Shown: positions 1-10,477 of the stretch, piece after piece | Layout of the letters: every line of letters starts with the position of its first letter | Numbering within the stretch: the first letter of the stretch is position 1 | Assembly (NCBI GenBank): GCA_001724265.1 | Contig: MEDY01000105.1 | Coordinates: forward strand, 62,001-96,891 | Direction of reading: 5' to 3' | Length of the DNA: 34,891 bases | Origin: Rhizaria sp. SCN 62-66 | Lineage: Eukaryota | The notes under the pieces: generated by a model | The model's input: the letters and a program-made list of their open reading frames with translations, nothing else | Told to the model about the DNA's origin: nothing | Database searches by the model: none | Program-made: the position numbers and the translations under genes

Positions 1-283
1 TGCTGCTGCTGCTGCTGCTGCTGCTGCTGAGCCTGAGCAGCAGCGGCGGCCGCGGCAGCCGCCCTGGCGCTGGCCTTGGCCCTGAGCGCGGCGACGCTGC
101 CGGCGGCCTCTCTGGCATCCTCTTCGTCGTCGTCGTCGAAGGTCAGGATCGACCGCGTCGCCGCCTCGTCGTCGTACTCGCCCTTGTGCGACGCTGCCAC
201 GGCCGCGGCGGCGGCCGCGGCGGCGGCGGCCGCAGCGGCCGGGGACGGCGACGGCGGGCGCAGATATGCGTGCGCTGCTGTCG

Positions 284-314
<31 letters not shown>

Positions 315-720
315 CTGAGGCGGCGGCGTGTAGCCGCGCGCGGGCGGCGGCGTCACCGCGCCGTGGCTGTGCGCGTTGGTGCCAAGGCCGCTGCTGTTCA
401 GCCCGCCGACGCTCGCGCTCAGCGAGAGGCCGGTGCTGCTGTTCGCGGCCGCGGCGGCAGCGGGCGGCGGCGTGGAAGTTATGCCACGCACAGGCACCGC
501 GATGGGCGGGGTTTGGCCCCGGTGCGGGGGCGGCGTCTGCCCGCGGTTGAGCTGCTGCTGCTGTTGCTGTTGTTGCTGAAGCTGGAGAAACTCCTGCTGC
601 TGCCGCTGCAGCTGCTGCAACTGCTGCTGCTGCCACAGCAACTGGCCGTGGGCGTCCTGGGGCGGACCATGCATCAGCGCCTGCTGCTGCTGCAGCTGCT
701 GCTGCTGAGGGTCCTGCGCC
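1..720. repeat. Coding CAG/CTG and GCN trinucleotide runs (poly-Gln, poly-Ala) in the RhoGAP tail
   Basis: (CTG)n runs at about 1-29, 286-318, 552-632 and 681-707, plus GCG/GCC runs; they read as Gln/Ala tracts in the minus-strand frame. Confidence 0.85.
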
Positions 721-2199
721 TGCGTCTGCTGCAGCGGCGACTGGAGCTGCTGCGGGACGGCGAAGGCGAACGCGGGCACAGGCGCGGTGCCCGGCGCGGG
801 GGACGGGGCGCGCGCGCTCGAGCCCGCGCGCCGCAGGGACAGCGACGACTGCGACTCGTCGACCGCGCTGGCGGCAGCGCCAGCGCCCGGGTCGGGGTTT
901 GCCGCGTGCGCGCCCGCCGTCGCCGTCGCCGCCGCCGCCGCCGCCGGGGCGGGGCCGAAGGGGCCGGGGGACGGCGGCCGGCTGCCGGGCCGTGACCCCG
1001 CCCCCGCCCCGGCCGCGCCCTGGGCGCTGGCGCTCGCAGCGGACCCATGGTTGGCGACGTGCGACTGCGACGGGTGGAGCGACGAGTGCGACACGCTGGC
1101 GCCCGAGCTGCCCAGCCCCGCGAACATGATTTCCTGCGCGTCGGCCACAAGCGCGAGCCACGTGCTCAGCGCGTCGCGCGAGGGAATCACACCGGGCTGC
1201 GACAGGCCCGTGCTGGCGGCGGCGGGGACGCGGACCTCGAGCGAGGCAGCGAGGCACACCGAGAGTGCCGCGGGCGTCATCAGCGTCGCCGCCTGGTTGT
1301 GCAGCACGGCCGCCAGCAGGCGCGCCAGGCGGGCTGTAAGGCGCGCGCGGTCAGGCGCCATGCGCTCGGCGGCGTCGCGGCACAGTGCAAGCGCGCGCGC
1401 GCGGTCCGCGGGCGCGGCGGCGGCGGCGGCGGCGAAGTCGGCCATGATGCACGCGCCGGGCAGCGGCTCCGGCAGTGCGCGGAGCAGCTTCTTGAGCAGC
1501 GACGCCACGGTGTGCGGTTCAACGTGCGGGACTGGGACGCCGCGGGGCAGCACGGACTTGCCTGCGAGCACGGCGTGGTAGAGCTCGTTGACGCGCTCGC
1601 CGTGACCGGGCACGCGGAACAGCCCCTCGGCGCGCGTGCCGTTGTCCTGCAGGTAGTCGATGCACTGGCTGATCGCGGTGGCCACAGGCGCGGGGATCGG
1701 AAGCGGCTCGCCGGGCGGTAGCGTGCACGCGCCGTCGAAGCTGGAGAGCAGGCGCAGCCATAGCAGCTTCTCAGGCTCCGAGTCGGCGCGGAAGAGCAGC
1801 GAGGTCGTCTTGTCTTTGTTGCTGGGCAGACGCGCGGGGGAAGTGCCCAGCGCGGGGGAGGGGAGGTCCATCATGACGACCTGGAACTCGCCGGGGTCGT
1901 TGTCGATGCCTTGCCCGCCCTGCATAGGCAAGGGAACACAGAATAACGAAAGGTGGAGAGCGGTGAGGTGAGACAATAGAAGGGTACGTATGCCAGCAAG
2001 CGTCGGCTGGTGAGAGTTAATGAAGTATGACGTTAAGACGTACGATGTCGACGACGCGAACGCAGAGACGGAGGTCATAGACGGAGTGCTTCTTGTTCCC
2101 CTCACTAACGATGAGGGAGAAGCCCTGCAGCTGCACATTACGGGGCACGAAGGACGACTTGAAGAACGCCTTGTGAAAAAGCTTAAGCGGGCCTTCCAT
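1..2199 (-). CDS. PH-domain + RhoGAP protein, 3'-partial (exon 1 2199-2044, intron 2043-1920, exon 2 1919 to beyond position 1)
   Basis: Exon 1 (MEGPLKLFHKAFFKSSFVPRNVQLQGFSL) is PH-like and splices GTACGT...TGCAG in phase 0 to a frame containing LLFRADSEPEKLLWLRLL (PH terminal helix with Trp). The frame continues with CIDYLQDNGTRAEGLFRVPG (arginine finger) and HTVASLLKKLLRALPEPL, both RhoGAP motifs, then a low-complexity Gln/Ala/Pro tail. No stop occurs before the window edge, which explains its absence from the ORF track. Confidence 0.85.
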
Positions 2200-2891
2200 G
2201 GCGGAGGAGGCGCGGCGGGTGGAAAATCAGCCCTGTGTGACTGTGAAGTGCTGCGCAGCGAGGACTGATGAGGCTAATGTGTGTGGCGCCTGAAGTGTCA
2301 GCTTCAGCAAGCCACGGAGAGGCGGAGAGGGCTCTACAGAGAAGGACAATAAAGGCCTGTACACTGGGACCGCGCAAGAAACGCGCGAAGGGTGCTTGGG
2401 TGTGCGAAAAAGCAGGCTACGTGCTCTCGTTGCGGCGTTTATAGTCGCTGGTCTCGCTAAAGAGCGAACGAGCGAGAGCTGTGCATCGAGAGGAGTTGGG
2501 AGGAATGGATGGAAGGGGTTGAAGGGTAAGACAAACGTTTCACAGGTATGCATTATAAACCCAATATTTTCTAATAACAAATATTCATGTGGTAGCAATT
2601 AACTTTCAAACTTACGACCAGAAACAATGATATAGACGATACAAAATCGGGCCACACTCAACGGCTACAAGAGCGAACTTGGCTGCCAACCTTGGCAAGC
2701 TTGAGAGGAACTATCAAATTCACAGTTATCTCTACACACAGTCGTCAATATTGCAGTGCAAGAACGGATATTGGATTAAAACGCGGACTCATATGATCAT
2801 CTTTGAAATTATGTTGTACAATTACTTCTATAGCTAGAACCGATACAGGTTGAACCCACCGCAGCATTTGAACTTGATCGGCGAGAGGACC

Positions 2892-5189
2892 ATGTACGGG
2901 CAGCCTCCTAGCCCCGCGCTGGGCGCTGTTTCCGCCGGCAGCAGCCTCCCGCCCCTGCATCAGCGCCCCAGCATTGTGCCGACCCCGCGCGGCACATTCA
3001 TCCCGCCGCTTCCGCGCGCAGTGACCGGCGAGGGCAGCGCTCTTGGCGCCGTGCCCCCCGGCACCGCGGCCGCCGCTGCCGCCGCTGGCGCCCCGGCCCC
3101 CGCGTCCGGCCTCCCGCCTGTGCTGGGCTACCCCAGCGTGCTGCACCCCGCGCCCTACGGCCCGCCACTGCCCGGCGCGACGACGCGGCCCGCCGCCTTC
3201 GAGCCCGCCTCGTCCAGCTCCGCGCCTGCCGCGCCGCTTGTGCCGCCCGTGCCAGGCCAGCCCGCGCTCGGCGCGGTCGCTGCCCCCGGCGCGCCCGGCG
3301 TGCGCACGTCTCCGCCGCGCCCGCACGTGTTCTTGGCCTCGGACCCCTCCCTGCTGACCCCGGTCGCCGCGCTCGGCGCCGCCCCGTCCGGCGCCGCCTC
3401 GGCGGGCTACCCGCTGGCTGCCGACACGGCCGCGCCCGGAGCCCCCGCGCCGCCGCTGCTGCACCCCTCCGCGGCCCCGGCGCTGGGCGCACTGCCCTCG
3501 GCGCACCCGCCCCGGCCTGAGAACTTCAACGGCGGCATCAGCAGCAGCGGCGGCAATGGCCCCGCGCCTCCCGCGCTGCCGCTGGGCGCGCCCAGCGCTG
3601 GCTACGGCTACGGTTACGCCGCGCCGCCGCCCGCAGCGCCCGGCGCCGCCGCCGGTGCGGCCGACACGGACCCCGCGGCGGCGCTGGCGGCGGCCATGCG
3701 GACCGGGTATTCGTTGCCCGCCCACGCGGACCCCGTACCCGGCGCCGCGGTGCCGCCCGTGCTGGGACTGCCGCAGGGCTACCTCCAAGGCCCGCCCGCC
3801 GCCGACGGCGCGGGCGGCCGGGCCGAGCCGCCTGCGGGCGCGCACATGAGCGGCATCGGCGCGCTGCAGCAGCAGATGGGCATCGACGGGCCGGGCCAGG
3901 GCGGCGCCGCGCTGGCGCCGCACTCGATGCGCCGAGGCCCGCAGCACCCCGGCAGCGCCACGGCCTGGGGCGCCGACTCCGATGCGCAGCACCCTCAGGC
4001 GACGGGGCTGAACCGACGCGGCGGCACAGGAGTGCCGCTGACCACGGGGCCCGGCGTGCCGGTCCGCAGCGGCGCGGGGCGCATGGAGACGGTCGCGGAA
4101 CGGCAGCAGCGGTAGCAGCTGAAGAAACAGGAGCACCAGTACGCGCTCTGGCAGCAGCAGCAATCGACGCTCGCCCAGATCCAGGCCGCCAGCGCCAGCG
4201 GCCCCGGCAACGGCCCCGCGAAGCCGGCTGGCCCGGGCTACACTGCGATCACGGTCAACGGCGACGCGGACGACACGGCCGCGAAGGGCGGCGTGGTGCT
4301 GAACCGCGACCGCGACGGCGTCATCGGCAACGTCGAGGATCCCGCGGCAGCGGCGGCGCTGGCCCTGGAGCAGCAACGGCGGCGCGACAAGCTGCGCGGC
4401 GCCGGCGGGGCGGCGTGCTGTCCCGGCTGGTCGTGCATCGATGCGCACTGGGCATGCTGCTTCCTCACGTCGATGCTCGCGCTCGCCATCGGGCTGGGGC
4501 TCTGGGCGCTGCACGGCGAGCTCGCCCCGTCCGCGTCTAAATCAGCGGCCGGCGGCTGGAGCTTCGTGCTGGTGGTGTACATCATTGCCTTCATCATCTG
4601 CGTCATCACGTTCATCATCGCCGTCGTGCTGCTTATCCGCCGCGCGCCCGGCGAGCCGTGCTGCCCGACCTTCTGCGCCGACGACTGCTGCGGGCCCCGC
4701 GACGAGCCGTGCTGCTCGCCAGTCTCGCTCTGCGCGCCGGGCGCCCTGTGCGCTTGCTTCGGCGCAGGCAGCAGCTGCGACCGCAACTGCCAGTTCTCCT
4801 TCAAGGTGTGCGACGAGTGCTGCACCGACGCGGCATGCTGCGACTGCGGCGGCGCCTGTGCGCCGGGCGGCTGCTGCGCGCCGCTGCGCTGCGGCGCCGA
4901 GGGGCCGTGCTGCGCGGGCGTCCAGTGCTGCCCTAGCTCCGCGCCGTGCTGCGGCGACGCGCCGTGCTGCGGCGACGTCTCCTGCTCGTGCTGCCCGGGC
5001 GCCGAAAGCTGCTGCCCGACGCTTCAGGGCGGGTGTTGCAAGGACGCGGCGTGCGGGCATTGTTGTGACGGGCTTGACTGCTCGCCGCCGGACTGTTCCT
5101 GCGACTGCTTGCCCAAGTGCGAGGACATCGGCTGTTTTGCGGCCTGCTACAAGATTCTCTGTTGCAAGTGCAAGATCCAGCTCGCGTAA
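2892..5189 (+). CDS. Hypothetical membrane protein (765 codons): Pro/Gly/Ala-rich N-terminus, Gln-rich segment, two TM helices, Cys-rich tail; one in-frame TAG at 4113-4115
   Basis: ORFs 2850-4115 and 4293-5189 share a frame, and the gap translates as ERQQR*QLKKQEHQYALWQQQQSTLAQIQ with the same GC3-rich codon style. ATG at 2892 marks the AT-to-GC transition and TAA at 5187-5189 marks the GC-to-AT transition. Confidence 0.75.
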
Positions 5190-7377
5190 CGCGCAAGATG
5201 ACGACGCAAGTTCTCTTGCTATTGCTCATGCGTGGCCGTCTGAATGCACAGCTTGGGCTCGCAGTGACTATGAGCATAGTCTCAGACGCTGTGGAGGTGG
5301 TGTCATCAGAACTGCAACCGCAAACATCATCATTGAACTTGGACTCATGTCAACAAGCTCATTGGTTTGGTTTCAGTTGTGTGTTCATAAGAAACGTAAT
5401 GTTACATTAGTATTCGTGTTATTTAAATTGGCGTTTGTAATTTGTATCGTGTGATTGTGTTTTAACTGTTCAGTGGCAATGATGTTTTATGATGTTCTTC
5501 ACTGTGTCCGCAGTGTTACATGTATCAAGTGCCGCGTTGGGGGATATCACAACTGCCTGTGAAGCTAGCCCAGTACGCGAGTACACTGATCTCGAACACA
5601 TGCACTTGTTTCAGTGACTAGAATGGTGCGAGCGTTCCAATACTGGATCTGGGAGTGCTGCAAAAAAAAGAACTTCGTTCGCCCTCTCCAAGCAATAAAC
5701 CACAATGGAATATTTGTTATTCTAATATGTGTTCCATGTACATGTACCTAAAAATTCAATGAATATGTAACGGGGTCTTGTATTATATATATATTATTGG
5801 GAATACTAGAGACGATTATTATATGATTATTAGCTTTGCAAATGTCAAATTTGCGTAGTGTTGTTGTTTTTTTGGCATGTTTGCGCTTGTGTGCAACAAC
5901 GATGACACGCAGCAAACTAAGCAAAAGAGAGCATAACAGTCTCGCACAACTCAACTGTAGATAGGTAGTGAATGATGCGCAGGATTGTAGCTCTCAATAA
6001 AGTATGTAGAAAGAAAGCAGGCTCCCGGCAGTGTAACGCCTGTAGCAGATAGTGAAGGGCATTGCTACTGGCTGTACCAGTGAGAGCTCCGGGGCCTGCG
6101 CGCGGCGTGACTGTAAACTGTCACTTGACTTCTGTGATTGGGGACTGCGAATGTGCTTGTGACTGTGTGCGCCTCCTGAGCTAATGCCCAAGGAACACTC
6201 ACACACACACAGACAAAGAAACAAGCAGGCAAGCAGTGCAGACAGCGCAACGCCGCGCTCACACAGATTGTGGAAAGTACGTGTGAGCGTGTGTGTGTCG
6301 TGTAGAACGGAGGAGATGATGAGACAAAAGAAGGAGGGAAAGTTTAGAGAAAGAAGGGGAGTGGATGGGGAAACGCGAAAGAGACGCGGGCGACGCGGAG
6401 TTGGCTGCTAGGGCGAACACTGATATTTACAAGCGCACGAGCATCGATTCATGGCAGAACGGTCGCAAGAAACGAGAGCATGAGCGTGAAACACAGTAAA
6501 ACCAACTCGCAAAGCGTCACGGCCCAACACACACAACAGTGCACAACACAGACAGTGCACGGGTGGGGCGGTGTTGTCTCTGCGCCGAGTTGAGACAAGC
6601 AGCGATTAACACCGAGTACGCATGGGCACACGTGTGTGTGTTATGAGAGTTTGCGTGGGACGACGAAGAGACCTGCTGTGACCCAGAGAGACTGTGCGTG
6701 AGACTGAGTGAGTGAGGTGAAGCGTTGACACGAGTGAACTGCGCTGCATTAGTGAGCAGTCGACAGCCTGCATGTCCGACTGATAAGACAAACAGACTGG
6801 CGGCTTCACTGACAGTGATGACACTTGTTACTGGAAGGGGCATGTGACGGCGCTGATGTTGAGACTGAAAAATAAACAACATGTGCAAGAGTGCGAGGCC
6901 AACAGCAGCAGCACGGACAACAAAGCCTCGACAGTAACAGCAGTAACGGCAGCCAACGCGTAGGCGTGACCAGCGGGGCAACGCACGCTCGTGTCGAGGG
7001 CGAAACAAACTCAGACTCGGGCGGTGTAGCTCACATAATGAGCAAACGACACGAGTCTCTCAGCAACAGCAGCAAGCAGCGACGACAGTCAACGACGGCG
7101 ACGGCGACAGCGACAAGACAGCAGCAGCAGCAGCAGTGGCGGCCTCAGCCGATGACGCAACGACTAAGAGCGTGAACACGGTGACTACTGGGAAGGCTTG
7201 GCAGTGGCAACAAGCGCATAACGCAAGCCCACAACGCCAGCCAGATCGTCAGTCAGTCGCACACTCAGCACACGGTGTGCAGATTAGGTGTGAAGAGCGT
7301 GTCAAGCGCTGTTAGCCCTCAGTCAACGACCATGGAGGGACACAACGATGTCAGTGAGTGGGCCCGATGTGCAAGAC

Positions 7378-8099
7378 TTACTTCTGGACGATGAGCATCT
7401 CGATGAAGTCGGTGACCTTGACTTTGCCGTGGTTGTCGACGGGCACGTGCTGGAGCAGCTCCTCGACGTTCTCGTACGTCAGCGGCTCGCCCAGTGTGGT
7501 GAAGGCGCTGCGGATGTCATTCATCGGGATGAGCCCGTTGTCGTCCTTGTCGTAAACGCGGAAGGCCTCGGCGAGCATCTGGCGCGCGTACGCGTCGCTC
7601 TCGGGCTGCATCATCGTGAGCTGCAAGAACGGACGCAGTCGTGTTAAGGACGTGTTAAGGACGAAGGTTAGATTTCGCAGGACGAGGCAGGAAGAAAAGT
7701 ATATGTTGTAGGAAGAAAGATTATGTAGTGAAGAAAATAAAAATCGTAAAATAATGTGTTATAGTTGACGTACGATGCGGCCGAACGAGTCCCAAGTCAC
7801 GTTCCCGTTGGCGTCGGCAACAGAGTTGCCATACTCCTCCGCCTCCTTCTCAGTAGGCACAAGACCGACAGAGCGAAGAACAAGCCCTGAAAAAAGGAAA
7901 CCAATAGAAAAAACATGTGAATAATAATATACTTCGGAATTGCGAAAAGGGATGGACATGAAGGGTGGCACGTGCGAGTGCAAAGAGGAAGATCAAGACA
8001 GAGAGCGTGCAACGTACCAACCTCGCTGGGAGTAATCATCCCAGAGCCGTTCTTATCGAACAGTTGCCAAGCGGCCTTCAACGCAGTCTGATCAGTCAT
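7378..8099 (-). CDS. Calmodulin-like / myosin light chain-like EF-hand protein, 145 aa (exons 8099-8018, 7886-7774, 7620-7378)
   Basis: Spliced product MTDQTALKAAWQLFDKNGSGMITPSEV-GLVLRSVGLVPTE...EAFRVYDKDDNGLIPMNDIRSAFTTLGEPLTYENVEELL has the CaM four-EF-hand layout. Both introns are GTACGT...CAG and preserve frame. It is too divergent to be canonical calmodulin. Confidence 0.88.
7641..7662. repeat. 11-nt tandem duplication (GTGTTAAGGAC x2) inside intron 2 of the EF-hand gene
   Basis: Directly visible. On the coding strand it duplicates a CTTAAC branch-point-like motif upstream of the acceptor at 7621. Confidence 0.7.
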
Positions 8100-8744
8100 G
8101 TACCTTCTGTCGTAAAAGTAAAGAATTGGGCGAAGTTGAGGGAGCGAACGCGGCGAATGAGTCGGAGAACTAAAGAAGGGTGCGGGGTGGGGCAAGCGGA
8201 AAGATACTCCGTCTGGCAGCACGAAATTCTCAAAACCTAGCCCTTGGCCAGTGCAAATAAAGAAATGGCTGGATTAAATAACTATGTTTCTGACGCCTTG
8301 CGCAGTCAAATGCTCGAAACACGGCAAGACTCCTGAGAAATCGATATGAAACGAACGGCGGAGAGGGACTGCTTCTGCAGTCTCGTTCAACGAGGCGCCA
8401 GTCCAGCCAGCGACCGTGCGCAGTTTCTGCGCACAGTCACCGCGTGCCTCGACAGGAATGCAGCGCCGAGACGTACATGGGGACCAAGATATTACTACTT
8501 TCATACAAGCACGCAAAATATAATTGTCTGCAAATTGGTATATATCGCTGTGCTGTTATTGTTCTCTCAATGTACGTACTAGTTAAGATGTTCGCAGAAA
8601 GTTGGAATCGCCTTGTCACTTCAAAAACTAAATCAAGGTAGATACCGCGATACAATCAAACATAAGCTATGTATTCATCATCGTCGTCGCACGACACACA
8701 TTCCCTTCCGTACTCACACTCGTAAGTGCAGAGCAACTGCCCAC

Positions 8745-10002
8745 TTAGAAAGCCCAGCCCTCGCCGAAGTCAAACGGGTCGTTGCCGCTCTTCTTCTTGT
8801 CAGCCGCGGCCGCGCCAGCAGCGGGCTTGGCCGCAGCAGCAGAGCCGTTACTCGTGGCTGCGGAGAACACCGCGAACGGGTCACTCGGACCGCTATTGCT
8901 GTTACTGCTGTTGCCCGCGGTGGAGGCCGCGCCGGTGGCGAAAAAGTCAAACTCTGCCGCGGTCGAGGTCGAGGAAGGGGACGTGGCCGCAGCAACGGCG
9001 CTGGAGCCAGCGCCAGAGTTAGACCCCGAGGCCGCAAACAGTGCCGAGAACGCGTCGTTGCCCGCCGCAGCGCCACTGCTCGCGTTACCGCTCGCGTGGC
9101 TGCTGTTGCTGTTGTTGATGTTGATGTGGGAAGTGACCGTGGGCTTAGCGCGCGAGTCGGACGGCGGCGCAATGGCGAACGCGCTGAAGTCGGCGCCGCC
9201 CGCGCTCGCGCCCGCACTGGAGCCCGCGCTGGCGGCGGGGGCCGACTTGGTGGGCGCGCCCTTGACGCCCTTGAGGTTGACGGTGATCTTGGCACCCTTC
9301 TGCAGCGAGAAATCCTGCTTGGGGGCGTTGAGCATCTCGTCGCGCGCGCGCGCCTTGTTGCCCAGCGAGGCTAGCTCGGACTTAAAGTCGAACGCGGGCT
9401 GCTTGTCCTGGAAACCCATGCCGATGAAGGCGTGCGAGCCCTTGCCGTCGGAGATGCGCAGCACGTAGAAGCGCGAAGAGTCGATGACCTGCTCGATGTT
9501 CTCGCGCGTCGCCAGGCACGACGCGAACACGCCCTTCTTGCCGCCGTCGCGCGTGTCGTGCTCCAGGACGACGAAGTTGTCGTCGTGCGTAGTGCTGGAC
9601 GTGATGCGAAGCATGCCGGCCCAGATGTGAGCACGGTTCTCCGAGAAATCGGCAGCGCGCCACCCGCTCTGCGAGGGCTTGATGCCCTGCAGCGAGTACA
9701 CGTACACGCGGTCGTGGTAGAAAACGGTCACTTGGTTCTCCTGAAATCGTCAAGTCACGGTTTTACACACGTACCAAAGCAAACGAGTTCGTATGAGTGA
9801 AGAATGTGAGTTGGGAATGAACAGGTCGGCAATTGCAAGGATTGTGGGCATGACGACAAAAACAGTACTTAAGCAATACACCAAGACGAAGATGTAATAT
9901 GGTCGATATGAATAGTGAATAAAATTCGATCTTAACGAACTGACTTGCGTATGTGCAGTTTTGATTCGTAATAGAGGCGGCCAAGATGGCGAAACGTACC
10001 AT
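8745..10002 (-). CDS. NECAP: NECAP (adaptin ear-binding coat-associated protein), 332 aa (coding exon 1 is the ATG alone at 10002-10000; intron 9999-9741; exon 2 9740-8745)
   Basis: PHear-domain motifs GWRAADF, IEQVIDSSRFYVLRISDGKGSHAFIGMGFQDKQPAFDF and DFSLQKGAKITVNL, plus DPF motifs and a terminal WAF. ATG|GTACGT donor joins TTTCAG|GAG in phase 0. Confidence 0.92.
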
Positions 10003-10477
10003 GCCAACGCGGGGTCTTCAAACGAGGGGGTGGAGTCATGAAAGAAAGGATTTGAAAGCAGTCAGCGCAGGAGTTAGCATGCATTAAAAGAAGAGAATGG
10101 TATTAGTTCATGTTTAAGTATTATACCAATCACACGTTGTCACTGACGGTCACAGAGGCGTGATTGAGCAGTCGATATGACTGCTGCAAGAGCAACGACT
10201 CTGCTTGTCTCAGGGACCTCAAACTGCATTTGCACATATAGTCGCTCACAACCGTCTCGTATTCTGTATTGCACACCTGTATAGAGGTTTCACTGCACAA
10301 TCACGGTTACATTACTCCTTCGTTGAGCTCCTGCTCGAACCCTGTGTTCTGTGGCCCTCGGCTTGCACCTCTCCATCACCATGCCCTCTTTGCTCGCAGT
10401 CATGCTCTCAACCTGCCAGCGCCTCTGCCCTTGCTCTCGCGAGGCCCAACCCTTTCTGTGGCTCAGCTCAGTTGCCG

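Noticed and set aside
1988-2006. 19-nt micro-exon within the RhoGAP intron (CCAG|...|GTACCC)
   Set aside because: Inclusion would break the frame and the donor is weak; the single 124-nt intron already gives a clean PH domain.
4112-4192. An intron removing the in-frame TAG
   Set aside because: The available donor GTAGCA does not match the GTACGT consensus, the nearby CAGs are out of phase, and the segment is GC-rich with coding-like codons and no pyrimidine tract.
2745-4514. Long antisense and alternative-frame ORFs (e.g. 589 aa here; also 24064-25662, 25678-27039, 27187-28554, 14937-16136)
   Set aside because: These are shadow ORFs caused by high GC3 in the real genes; they are Arg/Gly-rich with no recognisable motifs.
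5748-7300. Short ORFs and CA/CAG-rich runs downstream of the EF-hand gene
   Set aside because: No coding-style codon bias or motifs; consistent with long 3' UTR or intergenic low-complexity sequence.
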